Shown: positions 28,915 through 38,821, numbered from the stretch's first letter. The stretch is DNA of 64,000 bases from a virus (IMGVR_UViG_3300042731_004976:64001-128000); one strand, 5' to 3'. A program made the numbers and translations. Notes: a model not told the origin generated them from the sequence alone.

Positions 28915-30352
28915 CCGGTTCTCTACGTGGCTGAACCGAGCGAGATCATCGAAGCGATTCAGGAGGTATCGGCAGCAGCCAAGAAGCTGCTGGATTCCAA
29001 GCTCAACGATCGCGCGATCACGCTCTTGATTCAGCAGGCCATCCCTGGGAAGACGAAGCCCACGCAGAAGACCATCCAGATGGTTTTGGAGGCAGCGTCG
29101 AACCTGGACGTGACGTATCTCAAGGCAGAGGAGATCGACACGGAATGAAACTGATCCGCAAGCGTTGTGTGTACTGCGGGACGCCCTACCGCTACCAAGC
29201 TAGCGGGGGTGGTGCCGGTCGGTACAATCATCCGGACCACTGCCCGGCATGTCGCAAGGTGGTGTGCAAGGCGCTGGCTGAGGTCCCCGTCGTCTATCAA
29301 AGCCCTGGGCGGACCGCTTCTGGCCTGGGCGCGAAAGCGAAGCGGAGATCGAGATCGAGATGCAGGAACACGTTCCTACTGGGGAGCTACGTGGTCCGTG
29401 GGTAGAACCATGAGTTGGACTCCGGTAGACCTTACGTTGGAGCAGCTGCGAGCCTCCAAGGACTTCGTGGAGTGTGAAGAGTCCTCGGAGGCGCCTGAGT
29501 TCTCGGGAACCGCTCTGCTCGACGGGCGGTTGTACAAGTATCAGTACGTACACGGGAATCCAGAGAAGCTTCTCCAGGTCCTGGTGTCTGATCAAAAGGT
29601 TGAGGGCAAAGTACGTCGGGTGAACATTCTTCGGCGTGTTGTAGGGAACACCTACCTTCTCGTTCGCGAAACCTGGGAGGCGACTGGCGAGCGTCCAGGG
29701 AAGGACGAGTTGAATCCAGACGCCAAGCGTTTGCTGCTACGCAAGCGACTGGGTCAATATGAGTGGACTCGTCGTGTGCCTCAGGGCCTACCGTACCGAC
29801 TGAATACGGGAGAGCACGTGATCTGTTTCGATCCCTCGTCTTTCGATGCCGTTCTTTTCTCTCGTCTTTCTGGGGACGAGCATGAGGTTCACACTTACTC
29901 TGACGAAACGGAGTGGCCTACATGAGCGAGTTGAAGATCGGCGTCTACTCGGACGACAACATTTGGTACCAAAGCGAAGACGAAGATGGCGAGCTAGGTA
30001 CCGCCGAAGCCTCTTTTCTGGTGGCTTTGCCGGACGGTACGAGGCTTCCTCTGAACGTGAACTACGGGGACAATGGGTGGGAGTTCACCATGAGGTTGCC
30101 CGAGGGGGCGCACCTCATAGAGGTGGAAGACGAGTTGGCTAGCGACGAGGACGACGAGTCCGAGGAGGGGGTATTCTTCGATGAAGACTGAGCTGGAAGC
30201 GCTGTTCGCTTCGCTCGACACCGAGACCCTGTTGAAAGAGGTTCTTTTGGACGGCTACGAGACGCAGCAGGACTACGAGAAGTACGGAGATGCCTTCGTT
30301 CCCTTGAAGCCTTTGGCACCTACGTGTACTGCCCTCGTGAAGGTGTCAAACG

Positions 30353-30667
30353 ATGAGTGATCTGACCTCGTTGGCTCCGTGCCCCTTTCCCCAATGCGGT
30401 TCCTCCCGTGTCGTGATGAAGGGGTCATTCGGTCTGCCGTCTTCCTACTGGGTCCACTGCAAGGACTGCGAAGCGACTGGTCCGAAAACTCCCACAATCG
30501 AGGAGGCGGCGGCTCGTTGGAACGGTGTCTTGGTTCGAGGGCGTGCCGACGGATTAGAGTTAGCTGCGGATTCCGTTAGTGTGGTGAGCATGAACGGCGA
30601 CCAGCGAGCCGTCATTCGAGCACGGAACGCCATCTATGAAACCCGAGATCGATTGGAGTCCGCATGA
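30353..30667 (+). CDS. Lar-family restriction-alleviation-like Zn finger
   Basis: LAPCPF..CG...WVHCKDCEATGP.....EAAARWN. Confidence 0.7.
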   Translation: MSDLTSLAPCPFPQCGSSRVVMKGSFGLPSSYWVHCKDCEATGPKTPTIEEAAARWNGVLVRGRADGLELAADSVSVVSMNGDQRAVIRARNAIYETRDRLESA

Positions 30668-31239
30668 AACGCCGTACGTTCCTCCAAGGCTTGAGTGTTC
30701 TTCCTGCTGTGGGGAGTGTTGCAGAAGCTCCCCGGGCGGCGGAAGTTCCTTTCAATCACGCGCTGACGGACGACGAGGCCAAGATCGTCTCCATGAGCCA
30801 GTTGCTCGTTCAGAACTTTCGCGACTACGTGAAGCAAAAGGGTTGGGATCTCCCTGTAGCCGAGCACTTGTTCATAGAGCAAAACGCGAGGCTCTTCTGC
30901 CAGTACCTCGCTGATTGGACGCTTAGCGACCCTCTATTCGAGGAGCACGACCGTTCCCTGTTCGTTCCCTCGGTGCTATGGGTCACGACTGTTCCCGGAG
31001 TCTCCCGCAAGCTGCGCGTCCCTTGGATTGGAGACGAGGAGGCGGATCCTGAGGAGGTGTGGGCGAAAGAAGCAGCCCTCGATGTTCAGCACGAGATCAG
31101 GAAGGAGGCCGAGGAGGTTGGTCGTCTTCAGGGGTACCTGATTTATCTCCCTCCGTTCTTGCCTCCGTCCTACTTGGATCCCAGGGACTTCTCTGTCCAT
31201 CGGCGGTTCTTGCTCAACTACACGAAGGTGCGTGCGTGA
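30664..31239 (+). CDS. truncated T4 gp23-type major-capsid-like protein with Tat-like N-terminus
   Basis: MKRRTFLQGL; VSRKLRVPW..DVQHEIRKE; YLPPFLP..LDPRDFSVHRRFLLNY versus recalled gp23 DPKNFQPVMGFKTRY. Confidence 0.55.
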   Translation: MKRRTFLQGLSVLPAVGSVAEAPRAAEVPFNHALTDDEAKIVSMSQLLVQNFRDYVKQKGWDLPVAEHLFIEQNARLFCQYLADWTLSDPLFEEHDRSLFVPSVLWVTTVPGVSRKLRVPWIGDEEADPEEVWAKEAALDVQHEIRKEAEEVGRLQGYLIYLPPFLPPSYLDPRDFSVHRRFLLNYTKVRA

Positions 31240-31497
31240 TGCCGATCTGGGGAGCGTCGTTCCACGAACCTGACGAGACTCCTGAGGAGCGCGAAGCGCG
31301 CTTTGCGGAGATACAGAAGCAGATCGAGAAGGTTGTTGCGAAGGTCATCAAAGAGAACGCAGAGCTGTCCGCTTTGTGGGCGCACGCAACGGGCCGTATC
31401 GTCGGAGAGGTCATGGTGCAGGAGCACTTCCCTCCGGAATGGATCGAGCAGGTGCAGCGGGCTGTGTTGTCCTGCCTTGCGAGGGAGTCGGGTATCA

Positions 31498-32010
31498 ATG
31501 AAACGTGACGCGAGGGGGAACTATCACCCTGAGGCGTTCTGCTTGATGCAGTACGCAAGCAAGGACGGGTCTGAACGTGAGTTGATCTGGAACTCTCGCG
31601 ACGGTGTGACTCCCTTCTGCATCCTCTCTCGCAGCAGTGTGGAGATGCAGCACGTCAACTGGAAGCAGGATCGCTACGTTCCGCAGCACCTTCCGCGTGT
31701 AGGGGATCGCATCTTCGTGGATCTCACCTTCGAGCGGGCCATCGAGACGCAGCGTCAGAACGTCGAGCGCTGGTGGGACGAAGAGGAGATGCCCATGAAG
31801 GACGACCCTGAGTTGGGGCCCATGGGCAAGGAGGGTGCTGCACGACACCTGGCTCACGAGGAGATGAAGCAGTTCCAGGTGAACGCGACGGCCGAGGAGC
31901 TGATGGAGTACGGTGCAGGTCCGCCAGATCTCGTCGAGGTGACCGAGGAGCTTTTGAAAAGTCTGAAGACCATGAAGCGCCCAGAGTACCGCCCGAGGCG
32001 TTTCGCGTGA
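31498..32010 (+). CDS. hypothetical protein
   Basis: MKRDARGNYHPEAFCLM...WNSRDGVTPF; coupled to neighbouring genes. Confidence 0.65.
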   Translation: MKRDARGNYHPEAFCLMQYASKDGSERELIWNSRDGVTPFCILSRSSVEMQHVNWKQDRYVPQHLPRVGDRIFVDLTFERAIETQRQNVERWWDEEEMPMKDDPELGPMGKEGAARHLAHEEMKQFQVNATAEELMEYGAGPPDLVEVTEELLKSLKTMKRPEYRPRRFA

Positions 32011-32348
32011 TCCCCGAGGCGCTCCCGTGTCCCTATCCCAAGTGTAGGTCGATCAACGTCGAGTTCGATCCTGACATCGTGGGAGTGTCCTGTCACGATT
32101 GTCTCCTGTCGGGACCGTGTTTCGGGAAGCAGGGATTCGATAGCGACGAAGCCGAGATGGCGGCGGCTATCGATGCTTGGAACCTACTTCCCCGCGGGGG
32201 CTTGCAGATCCTGTGCGACTCCTGCGGTGAGTTGTTAGAGGAACCTGGGGCTCTCCTCTTCGGACCTCCGAACGCATTGGGGGACTCTGCGAAGAGGCAC
32301 ATCTGCAAGACGTGCGTGCTCTCGAAGTACGATCTGAAGAAGCGGTGA
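32007..32348 (+). CDS. second Lar-like Zn-finger protein
   Basis: LPCPYPKC...VSCHDC..SGP...AAIDAWN, plus an extra CDSC...HICKTC. Confidence 0.6.
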   Translation: MIPEALPCPYPKCRSINVEFDPDIVGVSCHDCLLSGPCFGKQGFDSDEAEMAAAIDAWNLLPRGGLQILCDSCGELLEEPGALLFGPPNALGDSAKRHICKTCVLSKYDLKKR

Positions 32349-32733
32349 AGACCTGGCTGGAGGTGACGGATAGGTGCCACTTCGTCAAGCGCGTGCGACG
32401 CGGTAACCTCTACCGCTGGTATCTTCACGGCGGGTCCGAGTTTCGAGAAGCCGTTTTTCGAGAAGACGACATCTATCAAGGCGAGGACGGTGGGCCTCTC
32501 ATCGTGTGCCAGGTAGCAGCAGCAACCCAAGGGATCTACAGTGGCAAGTTCTTCCGACCCCCAGCCAGTACTGCGACCTGAAGTCGGTTCGCAGCTCCTT
32601 CGAGACGGGCGCTTCTACGTAGTGACGCAGGTCATGCCAAGGATGACCCGGTATACCAAGAAGAATCAGGACACACGCATCGAGGGGTACACACTCGGAT
32701 TGCGTCTGGCGCTCCCTACCGATTCGCCTCTCG

Positions 32734-32762
32734 TTGACTATCGGTAGACCACCTGGTACGTT
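32734..32762 (+). promoter_or_regulatory. sigma70-type promoter, leaderless
   Basis: TTGACT-17-TACGTT-6nt-ATG (32769). Confidence 0.75.
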
Positions 32763-32768
32763 CCGGCC

Positions 32769-34220
32769 ATGTGGAGCGCCGAACAGGAAGCCGTCATCGA
32801 CAACAGCGTTAGCGGCAAGGGGCACTCTGTGGCTCTTGCCCGTGCCGGGTCCGGCAAGACGAAAACGCTTGTGGAGGTAGCTTCTCGAATCGAGAAAGCG
32901 CGTCCCCTGATGGTGGCCTTCAACAAGAAGATCGCGGACGAGTTGAAAGACAAGGCTCCGCGGAATGCTCGGGTGTCGACTCTGCACTCCTACGGCTACC
33001 GCCAGGTGCGCAGGGCTCTGGGTAACATCGAGTTGGATCGGAAGGGCAAGCCGAAGATCTATCGCCTGATGAGCGACAACCTTCCGTCGACTCAGAACCT
33101 TTCGTACGACGTGCGTCTGGACTTGGCGAAGGCGGTATCCTTGGCGAAGAGTAGCTTGCTCTTCAAACCTCATGACATCGACGCCTTGATCGATTCCCAC
33201 GACTTGGACTTCGGCACGACTCCCATGGAGCGTGAGGCGTTCGTCAAGTACGTGATCGATCTGCTCACGCTCTCGAAGGACGATCTGACCGAGGTCAACT
33301 TCGACGACATGGTGTGGCTGCCCCTCGTTCTGGAGCTTCCGTGCGAAGCCTTCAAGCGGGTGCTCATCGACGAGACGCAGGATCTCTCCACGGGTCAGAT
33401 CGAGCTAGCAAAGCGGGCGTGCTCTCCCAAGGGACGCATCACGGCTTTCGGTGACGACCGTCAGTGCATCTACCGTTTCAGCGGGGCTTCGTTGACGGGG
33501 TTGGAGGGTTTGATCCAGGGCTTGGATGCCGAGGTCTTTCTCATGTCGCGGACCTACCGCTGTGGGAAGGCTATCGTTGAGGCTGCTCGTGCTTTCGTGC
33601 CGGACTTCGTAGCGGACGAGTCGTGTCCTGACGGGCACGTTCGACGCACGTCTAGAGCGTCTCTGTTGAACGAAGCGCAGCCTGGTGACTTCGTTCTATC
33701 CCGGACGAACGCTCCTCTTGTGGGTCTCTGTTTGAAGATGCTGCTCGCTAGAAAGCCGGCTGCTGTGTTAGGCAAGGCGCTCGGGAAGGGGCTCACGAAG
33801 CTCGTCAAGCAGTCCAAGGCGGAGACGGTTCCTCTCTTGCTCAAGTGGGTCGAAGATTGGGAGCAGTCGGAGATCGAACGGCTTCGTGCCAAGAAGCGGA
33901 GCACGACACTAGCTCGCGACAAGGCCGAGTGCCTCCGGGAGATCATGGCAGGCGCGCAGTCCGTAGGTGAAGTGCATGCTCGCATCGAGAAGTTCTTTGT
34001 CGACGACGAGCGTTACAACTGCGTGCTCTTGTCGACTGTGCACAAGGCCAAGGGGATGGAGCGGGATCGTGTCTTCATGCTGGAGGACTCGTTCAAGCGT
34101 CCGAGCTATCGAACCCTCACTGCTGAAGACGAGGTGGTGGAGCAGAACCTCCGCTACGTGGCCATCACTCGTGCGCGAGAAGAGCTGATCTTCGTGGACG
34201 GCGCGGTTGATGAACGATGA
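32769..34220 (+). CDS. UvrD/Rep-family SF1 helicase
   Basis: ARAGSGKT, IDETQD, GDDRQCIYRF, TYRC, STVHKAKGME, YVAITRA. Confidence 0.95.
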   Translation: MWSAEQEAVIDNSVSGKGHSVALARAGSGKTKTLVEVASRIEKARPLMVAFNKKIADELKDKAPRNARVSTLHSYGYRQVRRALGNIELDRKGKPKIYRLMSDNLPSTQNLSYDVRLDLAKAVSLAKSSLLFKPHDIDALIDSHDLDFGTTPMEREAFVKYVIDLLTLSKDDLTEVNFDDMVWLPLVLELPCEAFKRVLIDETQDLSTGQIELAKRACSPKGRITAFGDDRQCIYRFSGASLTGLEGLIQGLDAEVFLMSRTYRCGKAIVEAARAFVPDFVADESCPDGHVRRTSRASLLNEAQPGDFVLSRTNAPLVGLCLKMLLARKPAAVLGKALGKGLTKLVKQSKAETVPLLLKWVEDWEQSEIERLRAKKRSTTLARDKAECLREIMAGAQSVGEVHARIEKFFVDDERYNCVLLSTVHKAKGMERDRVFMLEDSFKRPSYRTLTAEDEVVEQNLRYVAITRAREELIFVDGAVDER

Positions 34221-34430
34221 CGACTTCCTTGGGTATGCCTGGCTTCATGCCCGCACCCCTCGTGCTCTCTTCGCTGTGGAGGATATCCAGCGTTTGCACA
34301 AGCTAGCTGGTACCGCTTGTCCCGAACTTCCAGAGAAGGGGTTCCTGGCCATGCGCTCGGACTACGCGAATCCGCTCATAGAGCGGGCTCGTGTGCGTAG
34401 GCGTCTCGTGGTATTACCTGGAGGCCGATC

Positions 34431-34601
34431 ATGAAGCGTCGAGCAGTTCTACAGTTCCTGTCCTCGTTGCCCTTGTTGGGATGGCTCGCTCCCGAGAAGG
34501 CTTCTCCTGCACCCGCAGCCGTGCCTTTGGAGGAGGACTACCAGTTCATCATGATCAGTGTAGTGGACGACCCTGTAGATCCTCGTACGAGGCTTCAGTG
34601 A
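34431..34601 (+). CDS. small peptide with Tat-like signal (56 aa, below the ORF-track cutoff)
   Basis: Read by hand: MKRRAVLQFLSSLPLLGWLAPEKA...; GGAGG RBS; ATGA/GTGA coupling. Confidence 0.55.
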   Translation: MKRRAVLQFLSSLPLLGWLAPEKASPAPAAVPLEEDYQFIMISVVDDPVDPRTRLQ

Positions 34602-34797
34602 TCTACGCGCCCGAGTACAAGCCGGAGAACCCGAACAAGTGGGAACACCTCAACCACTTCCTTGGTTCCTCTCAGTCGCACGAAGATCTGAAGCAGCGAA
34701 CGATGCTCTGTCTCATGGACATGTCGTTTCCGCGGCCTGACATCCTGGTGGTTCTGGAACGAACCAAGTGCAAGAACGGTTGGGAGGACTGAGGGGC

Positions 34798-35289
34798 ATG
34801 ATGAAGATCGTCGAGGGGTTGGAGCTGAAGCCTCAGGAGTTTTCTGCGGACGTGCGGGCTTTGCGTTACGTGCCGCTGAGCGAAGCCAAAGGAGTGGTAG
34901 TTCGCCCGGAGGGGTGGAACGCTGCCAACGACGTACCTCGTTCATGGACTCGTCCAGGGCATCTCTATCGAGGGATCACGGACGACGAGTTCCGCTTCAT
35001 CAAATCGCATGGTGTGGTCCGCAGCAACGAGAAGTGGTCGATCCGTGGCGAAGGTACGAACTTCGCTGAGGACGCAGATGAGGCCGAGAGCTACGTGAAC
35101 TACGGACGCACCGATCCTCGCAAGACCGGGAAGCCGACGTACGTCATCGAGGTGAAGAAGGACGAGAGCTTCAAGCGATGGCCAGACGGCTACTGGAAAA
35201 CTCCCGAGGTCTCCAAGAGCGCAATCACCCGCGCGTGGAAGATGGTGGGCGAGGGCGGTGAGGTCGTAGCCTACCTGATTCGGATCTGA
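34798..35289 (+). CDS. ADP-ribosyltransferase-like protein with shared N-terminal leader
   Basis: LYRG..., GTNFAEDADEAESY, YVIEV resemble ART fold strands; leader MKIVEGLELKPQEF..VRALRYVPLSE. Confidence 0.55.
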   Translation: MMKIVEGLELKPQEFSADVRALRYVPLSEAKGVVVRPEGWNAANDVPRSWTRPGHLYRGITDDEFRFIKSHGVVRSNEKWSIRGEGTNFAEDADEAESYVNYGRTDPRKTGKPTYVIEVKKDESFKRWPDGYWKTPEVSKSAITRAWKMVGEGGEVVAYLIRI

Positions 35290-35822
35290 TGATCTTCATT
35301 GCTGAGGTGAAGACCCGGAGTCCCTTTGGGTGGTGCTCGCCCTATTCGTGGGCGACTCTGTTCGAGATCGCAAACGAGGTTGGGGACTGGGTGGCGGTCC
35401 ACACCGAAGCCCCGTGGGGCGGCAGTCTGGACCTGCTCCGTACAGCCCGCCGATTGACGGACAAGCCCCTCCTCGCGAAGGGCCTCCATTCCAGCGACAT
35501 TGAGGTAAGAGAGGCTTTCGAGGCGGGGGCGGACCATGTGCTCGTCGTTGGTAGAATCCCCTCTGTGAGGCCCACAGACTGCCTCATCGAGCCGATCTCG
35601 ATACGCGACCTGCATCGGATTCCCGTGGGGTTTCGAGCGGTGTGGAATTCTCGGGATCTTCGGACAGGGGGCAGGAAATCCGAGCTGTTCGCGGACGCGC
35701 GTCGCTGGAGCGGCTGGCTGTGCCAAGCCTCGAACATCGAGGATCCTCGGGGTATCGATCCCGGGGCTGATGCTGTCCTGGTAGGAACCCATCTCCCGGC
35801 CTTTGCTGATCGAGCGAGGTAG
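35289..35822 (+). CDS. indole-3-glycerol-phosphate synthase (TrpC)-like TIM barrel, N-terminally short
   Basis: IAEVK..SP..G, VHTE..WGGS, PLLAK, GAD, LIE, NSRDL, DAVLVGT. Confidence 0.75.
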   Translation: MIFIAEVKTRSPFGWCSPYSWATLFEIANEVGDWVAVHTEAPWGGSLDLLRTARRLTDKPLLAKGLHSSDIEVREAFEAGADHVLVVGRIPSVRPTDCLIEPISIRDLHRIPVGFRAVWNSRDLRTGGRKSELFADARRWSGWLCQASNIEDPRGIDPGADAVLVGTHLPAFADRAR

Positions 35823-35836
35823 GGTAGCCTCAGGAC

Positions 35837-36649
35837 ATGAACCTGACCGAAGAGTTCCGCGAGCTTGCTGGCCTCAAGTCCCGTCTTCCGAGTCTTCAGG
35901 AGGCGCGTAGGCTTCGTGAGGCCGATGAGATCAAAGTCAACCGTTTGGAGCGGTTTGTCGATGCGACAGAGAGGGAGCTTCGGCAGTTGAAGCACTCGCT
36001 CGATCTCTACAAGAAGAACCCGCAGAAGTACGCGCCCCAGCTCAAGAACTTCAAATCTTCGGTGAACACCATCATGGGCGTAGGCCGCATGGTCATGCGA
36101 ATGATGGGGGAGGCGTCCCCAGTCTCTGAGGGGGTCAGCTCGATGTCCGTGGGGACCTGGTACAAGCAGGTGTTCCGCGGGGGTGAGGAGATCTACTTCA
36201 AGGCGAAAGAGCAGCAGAAGAACGGTGGCTGGAAGGGAATGATCGTTCAGTACGCAGACAGCGGACATCCCAAGAAGGCCAAGCAGACATCCGTTCGCTC
36301 GAACGAGTTCCGTCTCTGGACGGAGGTGCCCGCTTCCAACGTCCCCAAGGACGTGAGAGCCCGTTTGGGCGAGAGCCTGGGGGAAGCCATCGTCCAACCC
36401 TCGAAGCTGTTCAAAGCCATGCAGGACGCCGACAAAGCCCTGGTCGATGCCCGCGTCAAGGTGCGCAAGGTTCACGAGATGTTGACCGACGTCTACAACG
36501 ATGCCTCGGGAACGTCGTGGACAGATAACTATCAGGACTCAGACGTCAAGCACACGCGCGACGAGTTGTACGACTTGGATCGTTCATTCGGCTCCGCGAT
36601 GGACAGCATCGCTCGTACGAGCAAGGATCTCAAGAAGAAGACCGTCTGA
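35837..36649 (+). CDS. probable internal head protein or polyprotein
   Basis: MNLTEEFRELAGL N-terminus; domains separated by x-x-E-rich linkers (LQE, LRE, VSE, LGESLGE). Confidence 0.5.
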   Translation: MNLTEEFRELAGLKSRLPSLQEARRLREADEIKVNRLERFVDATERELRQLKHSLDLYKKNPQKYAPQLKNFKSSVNTIMGVGRMVMRMMGEASPVSEGVSSMSVGTWYKQVFRGGEEIYFKAKEQQKNGGWKGMIVQYADSGHPKKAKQTSVRSNEFRLWTEVPASNVPKDVRARLGESLGEAIVQPSKLFKAMQDADKALVDARVKVRKVHEMLTDVYNDASGTSWTDNYQDSDVKHTRDELYDLDRSFGSAMDSIARTSKDLKKKTV

Positions 36650-36653
36650 GCCC

Positions 36654-37463
36654 ATGCTCATCGTCGAAGGTTTGGAGCTACGCCCTGAGGCGTTCCGACG
36701 CCAGGTGCGGTCGCTTCGGTATCTTCCAGAGGACCGTGAGCTGAACCTTGCCCAGTGGGGGTTGGAAGGGCTCATGATGGGGAAGCCGACGAAGCTCTAT
36801 CACGGCACCACGCGCCTGTTCCGGAAGTTCGATCTGAAGCAGAGCCGAGACGAGCTGGTCAAGGACTACTACGGTAGCGGGATCTTCCTGACTCCTTCAC
36901 GTCGTGTGGCTGCCGACTACGCCTACGCGAATCGGAACAAGGGGTTCCCGAAGGACGTCATCGACAAGCTAAAGCGCAAGAACAAGAACGCGGGGGCGTT
37001 CCTGCAAGCGCTGTACGACGAGGGGGATAGAGCTTGGGACACCTATGGGGAGAAGCACGGGATCGTGACCGCTGTTGAATGGGATCAGCATCTTGGGGGG
37101 TTGGATGCGAACACTATCGGAGACGTCGCGGGGTACATTCTAGGAAGCAAGGTGAAACCCCTATCTAGCGGCGGCGGTGACTTCAGCCTGTTCAATTACA
37201 CAGCTATAGGACTGCCGGATTACGTTTACGACAACCTGGAAGAGTTGGGCATCGACTCGAAGCCATATCGTCCCAAGGTCTACACAGTGATGGCCACGGT
37301 GCGTAATCCGCTGGTCACGCAAAGCCAGGCCAAGGCACGAGGGGCGCGGGCTTCAGGCTACGATAGCGTTATCTACTACGGTCCTTTCTTGGTGCAGGAC
37401 GTTCCTGAGGTAGCCGTGTTCGATCCCAAGAAGGTTCGGATCACCAAAATCGACGTGCTGTGA
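36654..37463 (+). CDS. ART-PolyVal-type ADP-ribosyltransferase with shared leader
   Basis: LYHGT...FD...GSGIFLT....A..YA, VY.V...NPL, GYDSVI, EVAVFDP; leader MLIVEGLELRPEAF..VRSLRYLPE. Confidence 0.75.
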   Translation: MLIVEGLELRPEAFRRQVRSLRYLPEDRELNLAQWGLEGLMMGKPTKLYHGTTRLFRKFDLKQSRDELVKDYYGSGIFLTPSRRVAADYAYANRNKGFPKDVIDKLKRKNKNAGAFLQALYDEGDRAWDTYGEKHGIVTAVEWDQHLGGLDANTIGDVAGYILGSKVKPLSSGGGDFSLFNYTAIGLPDYVYDNLEELGIDSKPYRPKVYTVMATVRNPLVTQSQAKARGARASGYDSVIYYGPFLVQDVPEVAVFDPKKVRITKIDVL

Positions 37464-37464
37464 C

Positions 37465-37484
37465 ATGCGTCCATATGGACGCAT
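37465..37484. repeat. 20-bp perfect palindrome, copy 2
   Basis: ATGCGTCCATATGGACGCAT, immediately after the ART stop codon. Confidence 0.85.
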
Positions 37485-37562
37485 CGTCCCCTTCCTACCT
37501 TGTAGTACGGTGTAGGCGTTCGGTTGAAAGTCGTGTGATCTCCGGGGCCTGGAGAAAAGATG

Positions 37563-37610
37563 AAAAAGATCCGATCTCCTCTTGACCATGCCGTTTCTAT
37601 GCGATAGCTT
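37563..37610 (+). promoter_or_regulatory. promoter subclass with AAAAAGATCCG box and CTATGCGATA extended -10
   Basis: AAAAAGATCCG...TTGACC-17-TAGCTT-6nt-ATG (37617). Confidence 0.75.
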
Positions 37611-37616
37611 CTAAGC

Positions 37617-37787
37617 ATGGAAAACGTCAGCACGGAATGCCCCGAAGTGAACGGCGCGATTGCCGCTCTCGAAGAGAACGTCGAGGAGGAGACCATGACT
37701 CAGGAGGAGGCCGAGGCGGCCTTCGAAGCCTGGGCCAAGGATCACCTCGCCGATGGGTGCCCCGTGTGTTGCAAGGAGGAATCATGA
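37617..37787 (+). CDS. small acidic leaderless protein (56 aa)
   Basis: Read by hand: MENVSTECPEVNG...GCPVCCKEES; ATG lies 6 nt after the -10. Confidence 0.55.
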   Translation: MENVSTECPEVNGAIAALEENVEEETMTQEEAEAAFEAWAKDHLADGCPVCCKEES

Positions 37788-38601
37788 ACGCATTCGCATA
37801 CGACCCAGAGGAAGACGCCCGCCAGGACGCAGGTGACGAGGACAACTTTTTCGGTTTCGATGAGGACATCCTGTTCTTCGGCGCTCCCGAGGAAGTCGAC
37901 GACACCTCAGATCTGGAGCACTTCCGAACGCTCGCGCGTCGGGGTTGATCATGGCCTGGCACTGGTACTGCAACGGAGAGGACTCTCGGCGAGGCTCGTT
38001 TCACCCGGACTACGAAGGTCGGTGTGGAGCGCATAGTCGGAAAGGATTCTCCTCCGAGGAGGGTGCTCGGGAGGCTGGTCGACGACACGCGCACAAGTGT
38101 GACTTCGGAGCGCGTGTACGTGTCTTCGAGTCTCGCAAGTCGCCAGCCAAGCTGTGGGGTTGAGATGAGCCTGAGCTTCGTTCACGGCGGCTACATGGCA
38201 GGGCTTCGCGGGGAGGACCCGGATCCCCGCCTGGAGGGCTTCCCCGACTACGACACTGCGTGGCTCAAGGGCTGCGAGGATCGAGAGTCTGGAGCCTGCA
38301 AGCCCGAGGACTTCGAGGAGGTACCGGAGTGGTTGAAGAGGGGTGTAGAGATCACGGTGCCCAAGGGCACGCCTCTGACGTCGACCCACCCTCAGAGGAG
38401 CGGGGTGTTCAAGGCGGGGCGCACGTACAGGGTGAAGATCCACGACGTGTACCACGTGACCCCGGCGTACCGAGGCTACAACGGATTCGAGCGGCCGAAG
38501 CCTGCGCAGGTTGTGTGGGCGGGCGCCGGAGGATACTGGACACACGCATACATCACGGACCTACCGTGGGACTGTGCGAAGCAAGAGGAAGCAACAGGCT
38601 A

Positions 38602-38794
38602 GAGTATCGAGAGAGTGGGCGGAGTGCATTCGCCAGGTCTGCCCGAGAGCCGAGTACGCTCGGAGGTTAGGCTGTCGACGCTTCGGAGGTACGCCTCCGG
38701 GGATTGGGTCGGGCGGGAGTCGGGTAGTGCAACCGTCGTGAGCTGATCACTCGCGGATTCCGTTAGGCGCCGTCCACTCACTCTCTCGGCACTT
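38602..38794 (+). ncRNA. candidate multibranched structured ncRNA
   Basis: Intergenic; closing stem GAGTGGGCGG/CCGTCCACTC plus CGAGA/TCTCG; nested stems; two UACG-loop hairpins. Confidence 0.55.
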
Positions 38795-38821
38795 CAGCCG
38801 ATACAACGGACGAAGGTAAGG

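Noticed and set aside
29145-29925. Possible frameshifted single gene across 29145..29405 and ~29410..29925
   Set aside because: No slippery site recognised and both parts have plausible starts; cannot be supported without homologs.
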